Source of the DNA: Hyaloraphidium curvatum SAG 235-1
Lineage: Eukaryota; Fungi; Monoblepharomycota
Reading direction: 5' to 3'
Assembly (NCBI GenBank): GCA_025558095.1
Contig: JAIVFI010000037.1
Span: 186,001 to 250,000, forward strand
Length of the DNA: 64,000 nt
The notes under the pieces were generated by a model, which was not told where the DNA came from, ran no database searches, and saw nothing but the letters and a program-made list of their open reading frames with translations. Every line of letters starts with the position of its first letter. The first letter of the stretch is position 1. Shown piece by piece: positions 21,576 through 31,603 of the stretch. The position numbers and the translations under genes are program-made.

Positions 21576-21944
21576 TGATCGACTGCGAGATTGGGCGGAC
21601 CTCGCTCGAAGGACGCCAGTGGGAGCGTGGGCGGTACACAAGGTGCGCTGAAGGGCGCACAACCTGGGATTGTGATGGTGTGCTTGCAGGTCAAGGCCCA
21701 GCTGCAGCTGGACGATTCAAAGTAGATGTTTCGAGATGCCTTTGTTTCTGATCGCATCCGGCAAGTGACCCAATCCGCGTCCCAACGTCATCTGCTCCGC
21801 CACAAACTCACCTCTGTGACAATACTCACATGTACGCCTGGATGGCTAGCTCCTCATTACACCCACGCCACCCCTCTCATAACCTTCTCAATTCACGTCC
21901 TCACCCGGCGTGCACCTCTTTACGGAAACCGCCCGCCCCTGCAA

Positions 21945-22268
21945 ATGGTACGTGCCTGCCCGCCGCAACCGCACTCCCGCGCTGACCCCCCGCAGGCCCG
22001 CACCATGCAGACGGCGCGGAGGAGCACCTCGAAGTCCGGCCCGCGCCCGAGTGGCAAACCCCGGAAACCCGCGCACGGGAAGGACAAGGCCGCAGATGGG
22101 GGGACCAAGGCGGTGGGCAAGGCGGGAAAGGTATCCCCGGGAGCTCGGAAGCGTGCGGTGCCGGTGCCGGGCGGGCGCATCCTGCGGCCGAGGGCGGCGA
22201 AGAAGGAGGAGGTCGGATCCGGGGGCAGGGTGGGCGCGAGGTGGCCTGGATGTGCTGGATGTGACTGA
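21945..22268 (+). CDS. Small basic protein starting with a histone H3 N-tail-like sequence (MARTMQTARRST), no histone fold; intron 21948-21995
   Basis: ATG followed directly by a strong 48-nt intron (GTACGT...GCTGAC...CGCAG). Spliced product is about 91 aa and K/R/G/P-rich. The 3' end is uncertain. Confidence 0.65.
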   Translation: MVRACPPQPHSRADPPQARTMQTARRSTSKSGPRPSGKPRKPAHGKDKAADGGTKAVGKAGKVSPGARKRAVPVPGGRILRPRAAKKEEVGSGGRVGARWPGCAGCD

Positions 22269-22516
22269 TTGACCGAACTGGCAGTGACGCATCGGCTTCC
22301 TGCTAGGTGCAGATGATGAGGCGAGGTGGATATTCCAGTGCGGTTGAGCACGGGCACAGGGGTGAAGAGAACTGTAACAGACCGCACATATTCAGACTAT
22401 ATCTGACCTGGCCTACGTCCTGCCGTCACGGGTTGCTTGCCGTCCGACGAGGGGCTCTTGGTAGGCCTACACAGCGCGAACTGAGACCCCGAAATCGATC
22501 CCACATTCCGCCGCCG

Positions 22517-24967
22517 ATGAGCGCGCCTCGGGGCAGTTTGGAGGACCGGCTGCGAGCGGCGAGCGCGGCGGGCGACGCCGCCGCCGTGGAGCGGTACCTT
22601 TCCGCGGGCGCCGACCCGAACGCGAAGGACGCAGCTGGCCACTCGTGCTTCACTCTCGCGTGCCTGCGCGGCCACGCCGCCATCGTGGACCGCCTGCTAA
22701 AGGACCCGCGGGTCGATGTGGGTTCGGTGGACGCCGTCGGCTATAATGCCCTGTGCCTAGCCGCCCGGTACGACCCGCGGGGGGCATCCGTGGACCTCCT
22801 CCTCGCCGACGCGCGCACGGACGTCAACCACTCGGGCGCAGACGGCTGGACCCCTTTAATGCTCGCCGCCTTCTACGAACCCACCGGTGCCGTGGCAGAG
22901 AAGATCCTGCGGCACCGAAGGACGGACGTCAACGCCGCAAACAGGTCCGGCAACACCGCGCTGATCCTGGCGGCCCAACAGGGGCACGCCCGCGCGCTGG
23001 CCGCCCTTCTGCGCCGCCACGACGCCGACTTGAACGCACGCAACTCGCACGGAAATACGGCGCTGGTCATGGCCTGCGTCAACGGCCGGACGGAGGCGGT
23101 CGCCCTGCTCGCCCGGGACCCGCGCGTGGACCTCAATCTGGCGAACGGGTACGGCAAGACCGCGGCGGACTACGCCAGCCCCGCCTTGCGGCCCGTGCTG
23201 CAAGCCGCCACCGACGAGCGCCGGCGCAGGGAGGCCCAGGCCGCCGCCGAGCGCGCGGCGGCGGAGCGCGCCTACCGCGAGAAGCTGGCCGAGGAGGCCC
23301 GCCGCCTCGAGGCCGAACGCGCGCGGGCGGAACTCGAGCGCCAGAGGCGCGAGGCCGAGATCGACGCCGAGCGGCGGAGGCGGGAAGCCGAGATCGAGTC
23401 CGATCGCAGGCGGCGCGAGGCCGAGCTCGACGCGGAGCGCCGCCGCGCGGAGGTCGAGCGGCAGAAGAAGGAGGCCGAGGCCGAGGCCGCGCGCAGGCTA
23501 CGCGCGGAGCAGGAAGCGGCGGCTCTCGCGGCCAAGCGGCTTCGGGACGAGCAGGAGGCCGCCGCCGCGGCGGCGCTCCGCCGGCGGGCAGAGGAGGAAG
23601 CCGCGGCCGCCGCGGCGCTGCAGCGCCGCCAGACCGAGACGGAGCTCCTCGAGCGACAGCTCCGCCTCCGCCAACGGGAGGAGGAGGCCGCGCGCGCCGC
23701 GGCGGCGGAGATTGCGAGGAAGGAGGCGCTGGCGAGGCGGCTGCGCGAGCACGAGGAGGGGCAGCTCCGCCTGCGGAGGGAGGCCGAGGCCGCCGAGGCG
23801 CGGCGGAGGAGGGAGGAGGAGGAGCGCGCGCACAAGCTCAGGGAGGAGGAGGAGAGATTGCGGCTGGAGCTCAGGCAGCAGGAGGTCGCGGTGCTCGCCG
23901 AGCAGGTGCGGCTGCAGGAGAAGCTGGCGGCGCTGCAGCTCCTGCAGGTCGAGGGCGGCAAGTCGACGGGCGCGGCCGGCAAACCCGGATCCGAGGGCAC
24001 CCTGGGCGGCTCGTCGGGCTCGATCGGCTCCGCGTCGTCCTCGGGCGTCTCCAAGCTCCGCGTCGACGCATCGGACGTGGCCATGACGGACCGCGTTCTG
24101 GGCGAGGGCGCGTTCGGGATCGTGCGCGAGGGCGTGCTCAGGGGATCCACGAGGGTGGCGGTAAAGACGATCAAGGCGGGGATGGCGATGGACGCCGAGG
24201 TGATGAAGGCGTTCGTGGCCGAGGTCAGGGTGTGGGAGGGGCTCAACCAGAAGAGTGGGTGGCATGGTCGGCCCCGTTCCATTGCTTCTGCTGACCTACA
24301 GCCGCCTCTTTCCAGACATCCTTCCGCTGCTTGCCTACTGCGAGTCGCCGCCCATGATGATCTCCGAGATCGTGCGGGGCGGGAACCTCAGGTCGCACAT
24401 GACCAAGCTCGGCTGGCCTATAGACAGGGGCCTGCGGCTGCTTACGGACGTGGCCGCGGGTATGGCCTTCCTGCACAGCTTCTCGGTGCTCCACGGGGAC
24501 CTGAAGAGGTAGGGCCCGATGATCCCGCCCGACAGGTCGTCTACCTAACCCCATCCCGCCGCCACAGCCTGAACATCCTCGTCGACCGCGACACCGCCAA
24601 GATCGCCGACTTTGGCCTCGCCCGCGTGCGCGAGGCCATGGCCCGCACCACCGCCAGCGCCGGCGTCAGCGGCACCGTCGGCTTCCTAGCCCCCGAGCGT
24701 TACGAGGGCATCCTCAAGCACCCCGCGGACGTCTACGCGTTCTCCATGTGCATGTACGAGGTCGTGTCTGGGGGCAAGTTCCCGTTCGAGGGGATGCTCC
24801 CCATCGCGGTGATCAAGAAGGTCTGCTACGACCGCGAACGTCCGCCGCGGCCCGAGGGGACCCCCGACAGGGCGTGGGGTCTCATGGAGCGCGCGTGGGC
24901 GCAGGATCCGGCGGCCAGGCCGGGTTTTGTGGAGGTCAGGGACGAGATGGAGATGTGGGAGGAGTGA
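22517..24967 (+). CDS. Ankyrin-repeat + coiled-coil + TKL protein kinase, 3 exons
   Basis: About 6 ankyrin repeats, a long E/R/A-rich helix, GEGAFGIV, VAVK, spliced HGDLKSLN, DFG, GTVGFLAPE. Introns at 24255-24315 and about 24509-24567. Confidence 0.9.
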   Translation: MSAPRGSLEDRLRAASAAGDAAAVERYLSAGADPNAKDAAGHSCFTLACLRGHAAIVDRLLKDPRVDVGSVDAVGYNALCLAARYDPRGASVDLLLADARTDVNHSGADGWTPLMLAAFYEPTGAVAEKILRHRRTDVNAANRSGNTALILAAQQGHARALAALLRRHDADLNARNSHGNTALVMACVNGRTEAVALLARDPRVDLNLANGYGKTAADYASPALRPVLQAATDERRRREAQAAAERAAAERAYREKLAEEARRLEAERARAELERQRREAEIDAERRRREAEIESDRRRREAELDAERRRAEVERQKKEAEAEAARRLRAEQEAAALAAKRLRDEQEAAAAAALRRRAEEEAAAAAALQRRQTETELLERQLRLRQREEEAARAAAAEIARKEALARRLREHEEGQLRLRREAEAAEARRRREEEERAHKLREEEERLRLELRQQEVAVLAEQVRLQEKLAALQLLQVEGGKSTGAAGKPGSEGTLGGSSGSIGSASSSGVSKLRVDASDVAMTDRVLGEGAFGIVREGVLRGSTRVAVKTIKAGMAMDAEVMKAFVAEVRVWEGLNQKSGWHGRPRSIASADLQPPLSRHPSAACLLRVAAHDDLRDRAGREPQVAHDQARLAYRQGPAAAYGRGRGYGLPAQLLGAPRGPEEVGPDDPARQVVYLTPSRRHSLNILVDRDTAKIADFGLARVREAMARTTASAGVSGTVGFLAPERYEGILKHPADVYAFSMCMYEVVSGGKFPFEGMLPIAVIKKVCYDRERPPRPEGTPDRAWGLMERAWAQDPAARPGFVEVRDEMEMWEE

Positions 24968-25307
24968 CGGCGGGCCGTCCGCGGCGACGCTCTGTCTATT
25001 GCCGGGTTGCATGTATCGGCTCCTCAAACGGCTCTCCGGGCGAGGGCGACGCTATCTATGTCTACTGTGCTGACGGGAAGGCCCGGAAGGCTTTTCACGT
25101 GTTGCGTTTCGGCCCAGAAACCTGGCTGGACGCGGGAGCTGCGCCCAAATTTCTCACCGAAGGTCGCGATATTGTCCGCATGACGTACGGTCCCGCGAGG
25201 CCCTGACGGAACTTTCGCGCGCTTGGAAACTTCCTCAGGCACCGATATTAAAGCACGCGAGTCCCCGTGTCGCGCTCCACCAGCAGCATCTCGAACCGCA
25301 CGCAGAC

Positions 25308-25928
25308 ATGGCCACGCTTACCGCAACCCGCCCCGACGAACTGGCCTACGGCCAAGACAAGCACGACCCCGCGCGCACCGTCGCCGCGCTTTCCCTCTCG
25401 AGGCCCAAGCGGGCGCAGGCGCTCGACCCCCTGCTCACCTACTCTGAGCAGCCGGAGTCCGAGGCGCCCTGCTCGCACCCCCACCCCGCCCCCCCGGTCG
25501 CCGCGGCGGATCCCAACACGGCCTGGCGAGCCAGGTTCGCCAACAAGTCGGACCTGTGCAACCTCCGCCCGAAGGCGCATCCCCACGACGCCCGCTCGGA
25601 CATGGGCCCCTTCGCCTTCTTCGATCTGCCAGCGGACCTTCTACCCGAGGTCTTCCGGTACCTGCACGACTGCGAGCTTCTGAAGCTCTCGGCGGCGAGC
25701 AAGCAGGCGTACCGCGCCTGCGCCCCCGAGTTCCGGTACCGCGTCGAGCGCATCGTGAAGGGGCAGCTCAAGCTGGACGTGGACAGGCCGCGCAAGGCCG
25801 TCGCTGAGGCGCACCAGCACCTCGAGGCCCTGCACGCCGCGATGGGGACCTCGCTGGCGATCGGGGTCAAAGTGGACTACCAGAAGGGATTCCCCAGGAC
25901 CTACCTGAAGGCGTGCAGCATCATGTGA
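25308..25928 (+). CDS. F-box domain protein
   Basis: FFDLPADLLPEVFRYLHDCELLKLSAASKQAYRAC fits the F-box consensus. Confidence 0.7.
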   Translation: MATLTATRPDELAYGQDKHDPARTVAALSLSRPKRAQALDPLLTYSEQPESEAPCSHPHPAPPVAAADPNTAWRARFANKSDLCNLRPKAHPHDARSDMGPFAFFDLPADLLPEVFRYLHDCELLKLSAASKQAYRACAPEFRYRVERIVKGQLKLDVDRPRKAVAEAHQHLEALHAAMGTSLAIGVKVDYQKGFPRTYLKACSIM

Positions 25929-26189
25929 CTTGTGCGGCGCGGCGCTGGGTTGCGGATGGGCGGCTTGACGGCGATGCGGGGTGCATCGCACTGCTTCGTC
26001 TGTTAGGGGATTCATACGATTAGAATCATTGAAGCATCTATGCTACTAGATCGCCTCAGTCGTCCCTATCTCTATTTTCTAACTGACCGCTTCGAAGCGG
26101 GCAGGGTGGGCGTGCGGGCGGGTGCGGGGTGTCGGTCCCTCAATCCCTCCCCCAAACTGTTAAGCAAGGGACACCACGGCCCCGCCGCG

Positions 26190-26547
26190 ATGCGCCCTCC
26201 GCACGCCACCGTGACTGCGGTTCTTGCCTTCTTGGCGCTTCTGCTGCTCGCCGCGCCGGCCGTCGCGGCGCCGCACGAACTCTCTCCCCGTTCCTGCGGC
26301 GACTGCCCTGTCGAGGCATTCTGTGCGTGCCCCGGCCCCCCCGCCCCGCCCGCCCGCTGACAACCCGCCCTTCCCAGGCGAGCTCGACGACGACGGCGTG
26401 CGCTGCGTCGAGTATGCGGACAGGCACGACCTTTACCGTCGCTATGTGCAGTGCGGCGGCTACCAGGAGCAGTGCTGCGCCGGATCACCAAACTACTGCA
26501 ACGGCGGACTGGAGTGCGTGACGGGGTCGAACACTTGCGAAAGCTAG
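26190..26547 (+). CDS. Small secreted cysteine-rich protein, 2 exons (intron 26323-26377)
   Basis: Signal peptide VLAFLALLLLAAPAVA, then about 10 Cys in about 75 residues, including CGGYQEQCC...CNGGLEC...C. Confidence 0.75.
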
Positions 26548-26736
26548 TGGAGCCGCAGAGAGATTGGCGTCTATCTCTGCGTGCGGGCTCGGCAGCCGCG
26601 TGGGAATGTCTGTTATCTGTTTCTCCTCATTCTGAACCATCTGTTCCACGTGGAGCCCATATCGTTCTTCCCTTGCCGTGTCCCAGAACGTACATCATCC
26701 CGTAGCCGTGTATAGTGTGCATTCGTGATCTGGGTA

Positions 26737-28685
26737 TCAGACCGGCGGCCCCCACGCGGTCGCCTTGAACCCGTCCAGCAGCCTCCGCCTGTCCTCCTCC
26801 TCCTCCCTCCCCTTCCTCCTCCGCATCGAAAGCAGCACCAGCAGCGCGGCGCACGACGACAGCAGCGCCACCGAGCCCACCACGACGGCCGCGATCGCGA
26901 GCGGCGGCGGACCCGCGGGCGAGGGGGCCGCCTGCGGCACGACGGGTTCCTGCGTCGGCACCGGCTCGGGGGCGTTGGGGTTCCTCGGCACCGTCAGCGC
27001 GGCGTTGGCCTCCTGCCTGACGGCCGACGTCCGACGCAGCCCGGGGGCGGGCACGCGCACTTCCCGCTCCTGGAGCTGGTGCGCCGGCAGGGCTAGGTCC
27101 CGCGCCAGAAGGCGGCGGCGGCGCTGGCCGGCGGCTGACTGCTGGTCGAAGTAGATGCGGAAGGTGGCGTAGAAGGTGTAGTCCTGGGAGGGGAAGGGGC
27201 GTGAGCGACCGATCGAAGCGCAGCCCACGCATCCGCTACTCACGGTTATCGAGTCAAAGTCGTCCGTGGTCAGGAACGAGTTGTCGTTGAAGTCGACGCC
27301 GGCCTGGGCGGGCAGCATGTTGGGCGTGACCTTCATCTCGACGACATTGGGGTTTGCCGTCGGCAGATAGGTGAAGTTGGTGTTCACCGCGAGCGTCGAG
27401 AGCGCACCGACGGCCGCGGGACCGGCGGCCGAGTCGACGAGGGTCGTGTTGACGTTGCGGGTCACGTTGGTGGCGGCACCGATGTTGGGCGTGCGCTGGA
27501 CCTTGTTGCGGCCGAGGATCATCTTGGTCAGCCGGGCTTCGTAGATCGGCAGGTCGGGCGAGGTGAAGGTGGCCGCGAGCAGCACCGTGTCGCCGAAGAA
27601 GTAGCCCTCCGGCTTGTCGGCAACCATCTCGCCCGTGACGGCGGCCACGGTGTTTACGAGGGCGTTGCAGAGGTCGAGCTCCAGGGCGCCCGACTGGTTG
27701 GGCGTGCCGATGAGGGCGTTGGCCGTGAGCACCCTCCCGCTGCAGTCCTGCACGTTGGCCGCGCCCGGGAAGCAATTGGTGTCGAAGTTGAAGGAGTAGA
27801 TTCCGCCGACGTTGCACCGGTCGCCGATGGCGATGCGGAGCTGGCCGTTCTGGTAGCAGAAGTCCTGGGTGGTGAAGGCGGTGCTGGATGAGCCGTCCGT
27901 CTTGACGCAGGTAGGCAGGGTGTACGAGACGACCTCGACCGAACCCGGGAAGCCGGGCAGTTGGACGTAGCCCGAATCCGCATCCAGGGTCAGGTTGTTG
28001 GGCCACCTGGAGGGAGGGTAAGTCAGCTCGGTTCAGGAAGCCGTCGCACAGTAGCCCACCTCGAGAACATGGTAAAGTCGAGGATGATGAACCGCTGCCC
28101 GTCCGTGACGTCGTACGACAGGCCCGTGAGGTTGAAGTTCTTGATGCCCGACTCCTCCAGGATCTTGACCGAGGCCTGCACGTTCACGGTCGTCGGCAGG
28201 GCGATCGAGACCGGGTAGGCGTAGCGCGAGGTGCGGCTCGTCCCGTCGGGGAAGGGATCCTGCCACTCGATGTACACGCTGTTGTTGCGCACCTCGTAGC
28301 CGGGCCTGCTGGTCGTGTCGGCGGGGTCCCAGTTGCATTCGCGTAGGCCTCGCCACGACCCGCGGAGGAAGAAGTCGTGGTGGCAGGTCTGTTGGTTTCC
28401 AACAGAATTTGCAAAGCATTCTGCCCGATGCGAGTTCCGGCCCAGGTAGAGCACCATCTTTCGCCCGTCCACAGGTTTGGTGTAGGCGGCAAAGGAGAGG
28501 TCGGCCGCGGTCATGTTCGTGCGCAGGGTGTCGACCTGCGGGGCCAGCGTGCCTGGTTTGCCGCTCGGGCAGCCCACGAGGGTGGGCAGCACCTGGTAGC
28601 CCGTAAAGTCGAAGGCGCCGCGGGCGGACCCGGCCAGGGCCAGCAGCGCGGTGCCGACGGCCGCGAGGGAGGCGAGGGGCCCCAT
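26737..28685 (-). CDS. Type I membrane glycoprotein (signal peptide, beta-rich Cys-containing ectodomain, polybasic site, TM helix), multi-exon
   Basis: N-terminal signal peptide and many N-x-S/T sequons. QRRRRLL precedes a Pro-rich stalk and TM LAIAAVVVGSVALLSSCAALLVLL with a basic tail. Introns near 28010-28060 and 27185-27245. Confidence 0.75.
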
Positions 28686-29068
28686 TGGCTGCGCGATTGT
28701 TCGAGAGGTCGATGGCGGCTAAGAAAGGGGGGCCATTGCCAAGTCCGACTGCCGTTGCACTCGTGGGCGCTCCCGGAGGGTGAGCGCGAGGATGGGATGG
28801 TGCGATGCGGTGGTCCCTATAGGGACTTTTGTGAGAAGCGTCCCGAAGCCGCATCCGCCTGCCGCACCGCTAACTGGGACCCTACCAAAACGAAACAGGA
28901 TGCGATGACTTCCAACCGGATATTCAGCTCTGCTTCTTATAAGTGTTCACTACTGCAGAAGCTGCCCCAGACCCGAGCATAAGCTTCACGACAGACATCC
29001 ATTGTTCCTTCGGTGACATGATGACTCAACCACTTCATCCAGCTTGTCCGTCCGACCGACGCGTACTC

Positions 29069-30001
29069 TCACGAGCTAAACAGGTTCCTCGCCTTGGTCG
29101 GCCGCACCGACCTCAGCACCTCGCCGGCGTCGGCCCCCAGGACCGGCGGCCCGTGCAGCGTGACCGCGGCGCGCAGGTCGGGCGCGGCCCCGATCCCATG
29201 CATCTCCTTCTCGGCCGACGGCAGGTTGCGGGCAAAGAGGAGCGAGAAGAGGGGGATGAAGCGGACGCCGTTGGATGCCGTGAAGCCGGCCATGGCGACG
29301 CCCCAGCTCGCGGGGGAGGTGATCGAAAAGCGGTGCGAGGTGTAACCGCAAGGCAGCACGGCCGCAGTCTTGCCATCCAGCTCGGGGTTCGAGTCGCGAA
29401 GCCGGTACAGGACGGTCGCGTCCCCAAAGGCCGCCCAGTCCGACACGGCGACCTTTTCGACCCCGAAGTTGTCTTTCACGTCCTTGGGCAAGTCTTCGAG
29501 GGCAAACGAGACGGGAGCGCGCTTGGACAGCGCTTCCCTGTCGCGCGCAGGACCGGTGACCTTCGCGCCGGGGTACAGGGCGAGCCACCGATCGGCGAAC
29601 GTGTCGTGCGACATCGTTGCGACGATGACCGAGGGCTCGCCGAGCTTGGTGATGGCCTCGACCACGCGCGTGTCGGCGGTGGGCGGCGGCGAGTGCAGCA
29701 GGAGCTTGCCGTCGCGCCCGACCACGGCCGCGCAGTTGGACGATCCCAGCGGCATGTCGTACTCGAGCACGTGCAGGTTGTCGGCCACCTTGCGGGTCAC
29801 GGGCGCGTAGCTCCACAGCCCGAGGAGGCGCCCGACGGCCTGCGGCAGCGCGATGCCGAGCAGCGTGGTCGCGAACCGGAAGACGAGCGTCGCGCGCCCG
29901 GACGCGCCGAGCGACGACCAGCTCTCGCCGATCGCCGCCTGCGTCTCGGCCTGGTGCGACGCCGCGAGCGCGCGCTGTTTCTCTTCGGCGGAGGGGGCCA
30001 T
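29069..30001 (-). CDS. DUF4336-like / metallo-beta-lactamase-fold protein
   Basis: DGKLLLHSP...AITKLGEPSVIVA..SHDTFADRWLALYPGAKV fits DUF4336-type proteins. Confidence 0.6.
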   Translation of the reverse strand: MAPSAEEKQRALAASHQAETQAAIGESWSSLGASGRATLVFRFATTLLGIALPQAVGRLLGLWSYAPVTRKVADNLHVLEYDMPLGSSNCAAVVGRDGKLLLHSPPPTADTRVVEAITKLGEPSVIVATMSHDTFADRWLALYPGAKVTGPARDREALSKRAPVSFALEDLPKDVKDNFGVEKVAVSDWAAFGDATVLYRLRDSNPELDGKTAAVLPCGYTSHRFSITSPASWGVAMAGFTASNGVRFIPLFSLLFARNLPSAEKEMHGIGAAPDLRAAVTLHGPPVLGADAGEVLRSVRPTKARNLFSS

Positions 30002-30211
30002 GATTCGGGTGAAGCAGATGGCCGCGGAAGATTTGGGCGCAACCCGCCATCGGTCGGCCCAATCTTCCGACGCTCTCTTGCTGCGTGATCGGATATCCCG
30101 TCTCCGAGATAGCGGCGCACTTGATGGGGTGTGTACTGTGGCCTCCACGTCGACATCGTCCTCAGAACTCGGTCCTTCAACTCCTCCGTTCCTGCCAGGT
30201 CCGCCGCAGGC

Positions 30212-30676
30212 CTACTTCCCATCGGCGCGATTCCCTTGCGTCGCCATGATCGTCCGGAAATCCTCCTCCGGGATCTCCCTCCACCCGCTCATGAAGGCGA
30301 AACCCCATCGCTGCTTGTTCTTGACGAAGCCCAGCCTCGGCACCAAGCCCTTTATGTCCGCCTCCTTCCACCCCTCCGCAAACGCCACCTTCTTCCGGAA
30401 GAAGTGCCCTCCTTTGCCGTGCCCCGCGCACGCGGGGCCGCCCAGCACCGCCGCCTTGTCGAGCCTGTCGTACGCCGCGTCCCCGATCTCCGCGATGCCG
30501 ACCACCTTCTGCTACGCTTTCGCCCCGCCGTACTCCTTCTTGGCCGCGTAGAGGACCACCCTGTCCCCGGCGCGGAGCTTCTCGATGCGGCCGGGGTTGC
30601 GCTGCTGGATGAAGCCGCCGGCGATGCCGGCGAGGATGTGGTCGTGCGAGGCGGTGAGGAGGTAGTAGCGCGGCAT
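30212..30676 (-). pseudogene. EVE domain protein with a single in-frame TAG at 30512-30514
   Basis: MPRYYLLTASHDH...GGFIQ...LRAGDRVVLYA..K*QKVVGIAEI...FRKKVAF...LGFVKNKQRWGFAFMSGWREIPEEDF is a complete EVE domain across the stop. Confidence 0.75.
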
Positions 30677-31603
30677 GGCGGCTCGCGGAAGGAAGGAAGC
30701 AGGGCGCGGGGCGCGGGTGGACGGGCGAAACTGCCGGCGCGCGGCGGGGACGGAGGAGCAGGCGTCGGGGGTCGGGGAGGAAAGAGCTTCGCGCGGTTGG
30801 GAAGCGCCCTCGACGGGGCGAGGCAAAAGGGGAGGTGACGGAAAGAAGTAGCCGGCTCCTCCTTGCTCCCGCCGCAGCGCGGGGGAACTCCGAGGTGCCT
30901 TTATGTTGGGACCGGCGGCGCAGCAGAATGATTACCCGTCGGGTCGCGCACCAAAGAGGAGTTTACGCGAGCAGCGTCCGGGAATCCAATCACACGCGAA
31001 AATGCATCGCATTCGCTTCCAGAACATGTTCGGGTCTGGCGCATTCGCTGCGGGGCGTGACCCGTCTAGGCGCGACCTTGCCATCCCATTCGAGATGCGG
31101 GAACTCGGTGGGGGCGACAGCACCGACGGAATGCGAGTCCCACGAGTCGGAGAGCCAATCCCGCGCCGGAGAACACGATTCGCTCGTTCGCGAGCGACCT
31201 GGTGGGGGTTTTCAACCCGCCGTGTGGCAATCGAGGGACGCGGCTGACAAAGCGGAAAGGGGGAACCGGACGGGGAGGGATCGTTTTGGGGCGCTGTCTG
31301 ACGGAGACGATTGATCCGTGTCGAAGCTCCGATCCAAAGGCGTGTCGTGCTATGCTAGATCAACGGAAGTGTACAGAAGAGGGTGCGCTTGCTGTGGCGA
31401 TGGGATGCGGCGATGCGACGACCGCCCGAGTGCCGTCCGCCACATTTCACCGCCGAGTGCCACGCGGTGCCGGGTTTATAGGCGAAAACCGAATCACCTG
31501 GGTTTCTTCAATCCAGCTTTTGGTCCAACAATGCCAAGCGCTTGGAGTCGAACGTTCTGGACTTTAGGGACCGCCAGCAGACCCCGCACGCGCGTCCGCG
31601 GCG

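Noticed and set aside
23200-23950. GAG/GCG/CGG-rich quasi-repeats as a tandem repeat or CRISPR-like array
   Set aside because: They encode the E/R/A coiled-coil of the kinase and have no fixed repeat-spacer structure.
24990-25206. Short coding-like stretch (DAIYVYCADGKARKAFHVLRFG...)
   Set aside because: It has no independent start or recognisable motif. At most it is a gene remnant.
31320-31420. Degenerate Zn2Cys6 exon (KACRAMLDQRKC) upstream of TF-like paralog 2
   Set aside because: The Cys spacing is incomplete and there is no convincing splice path to the main ORF.
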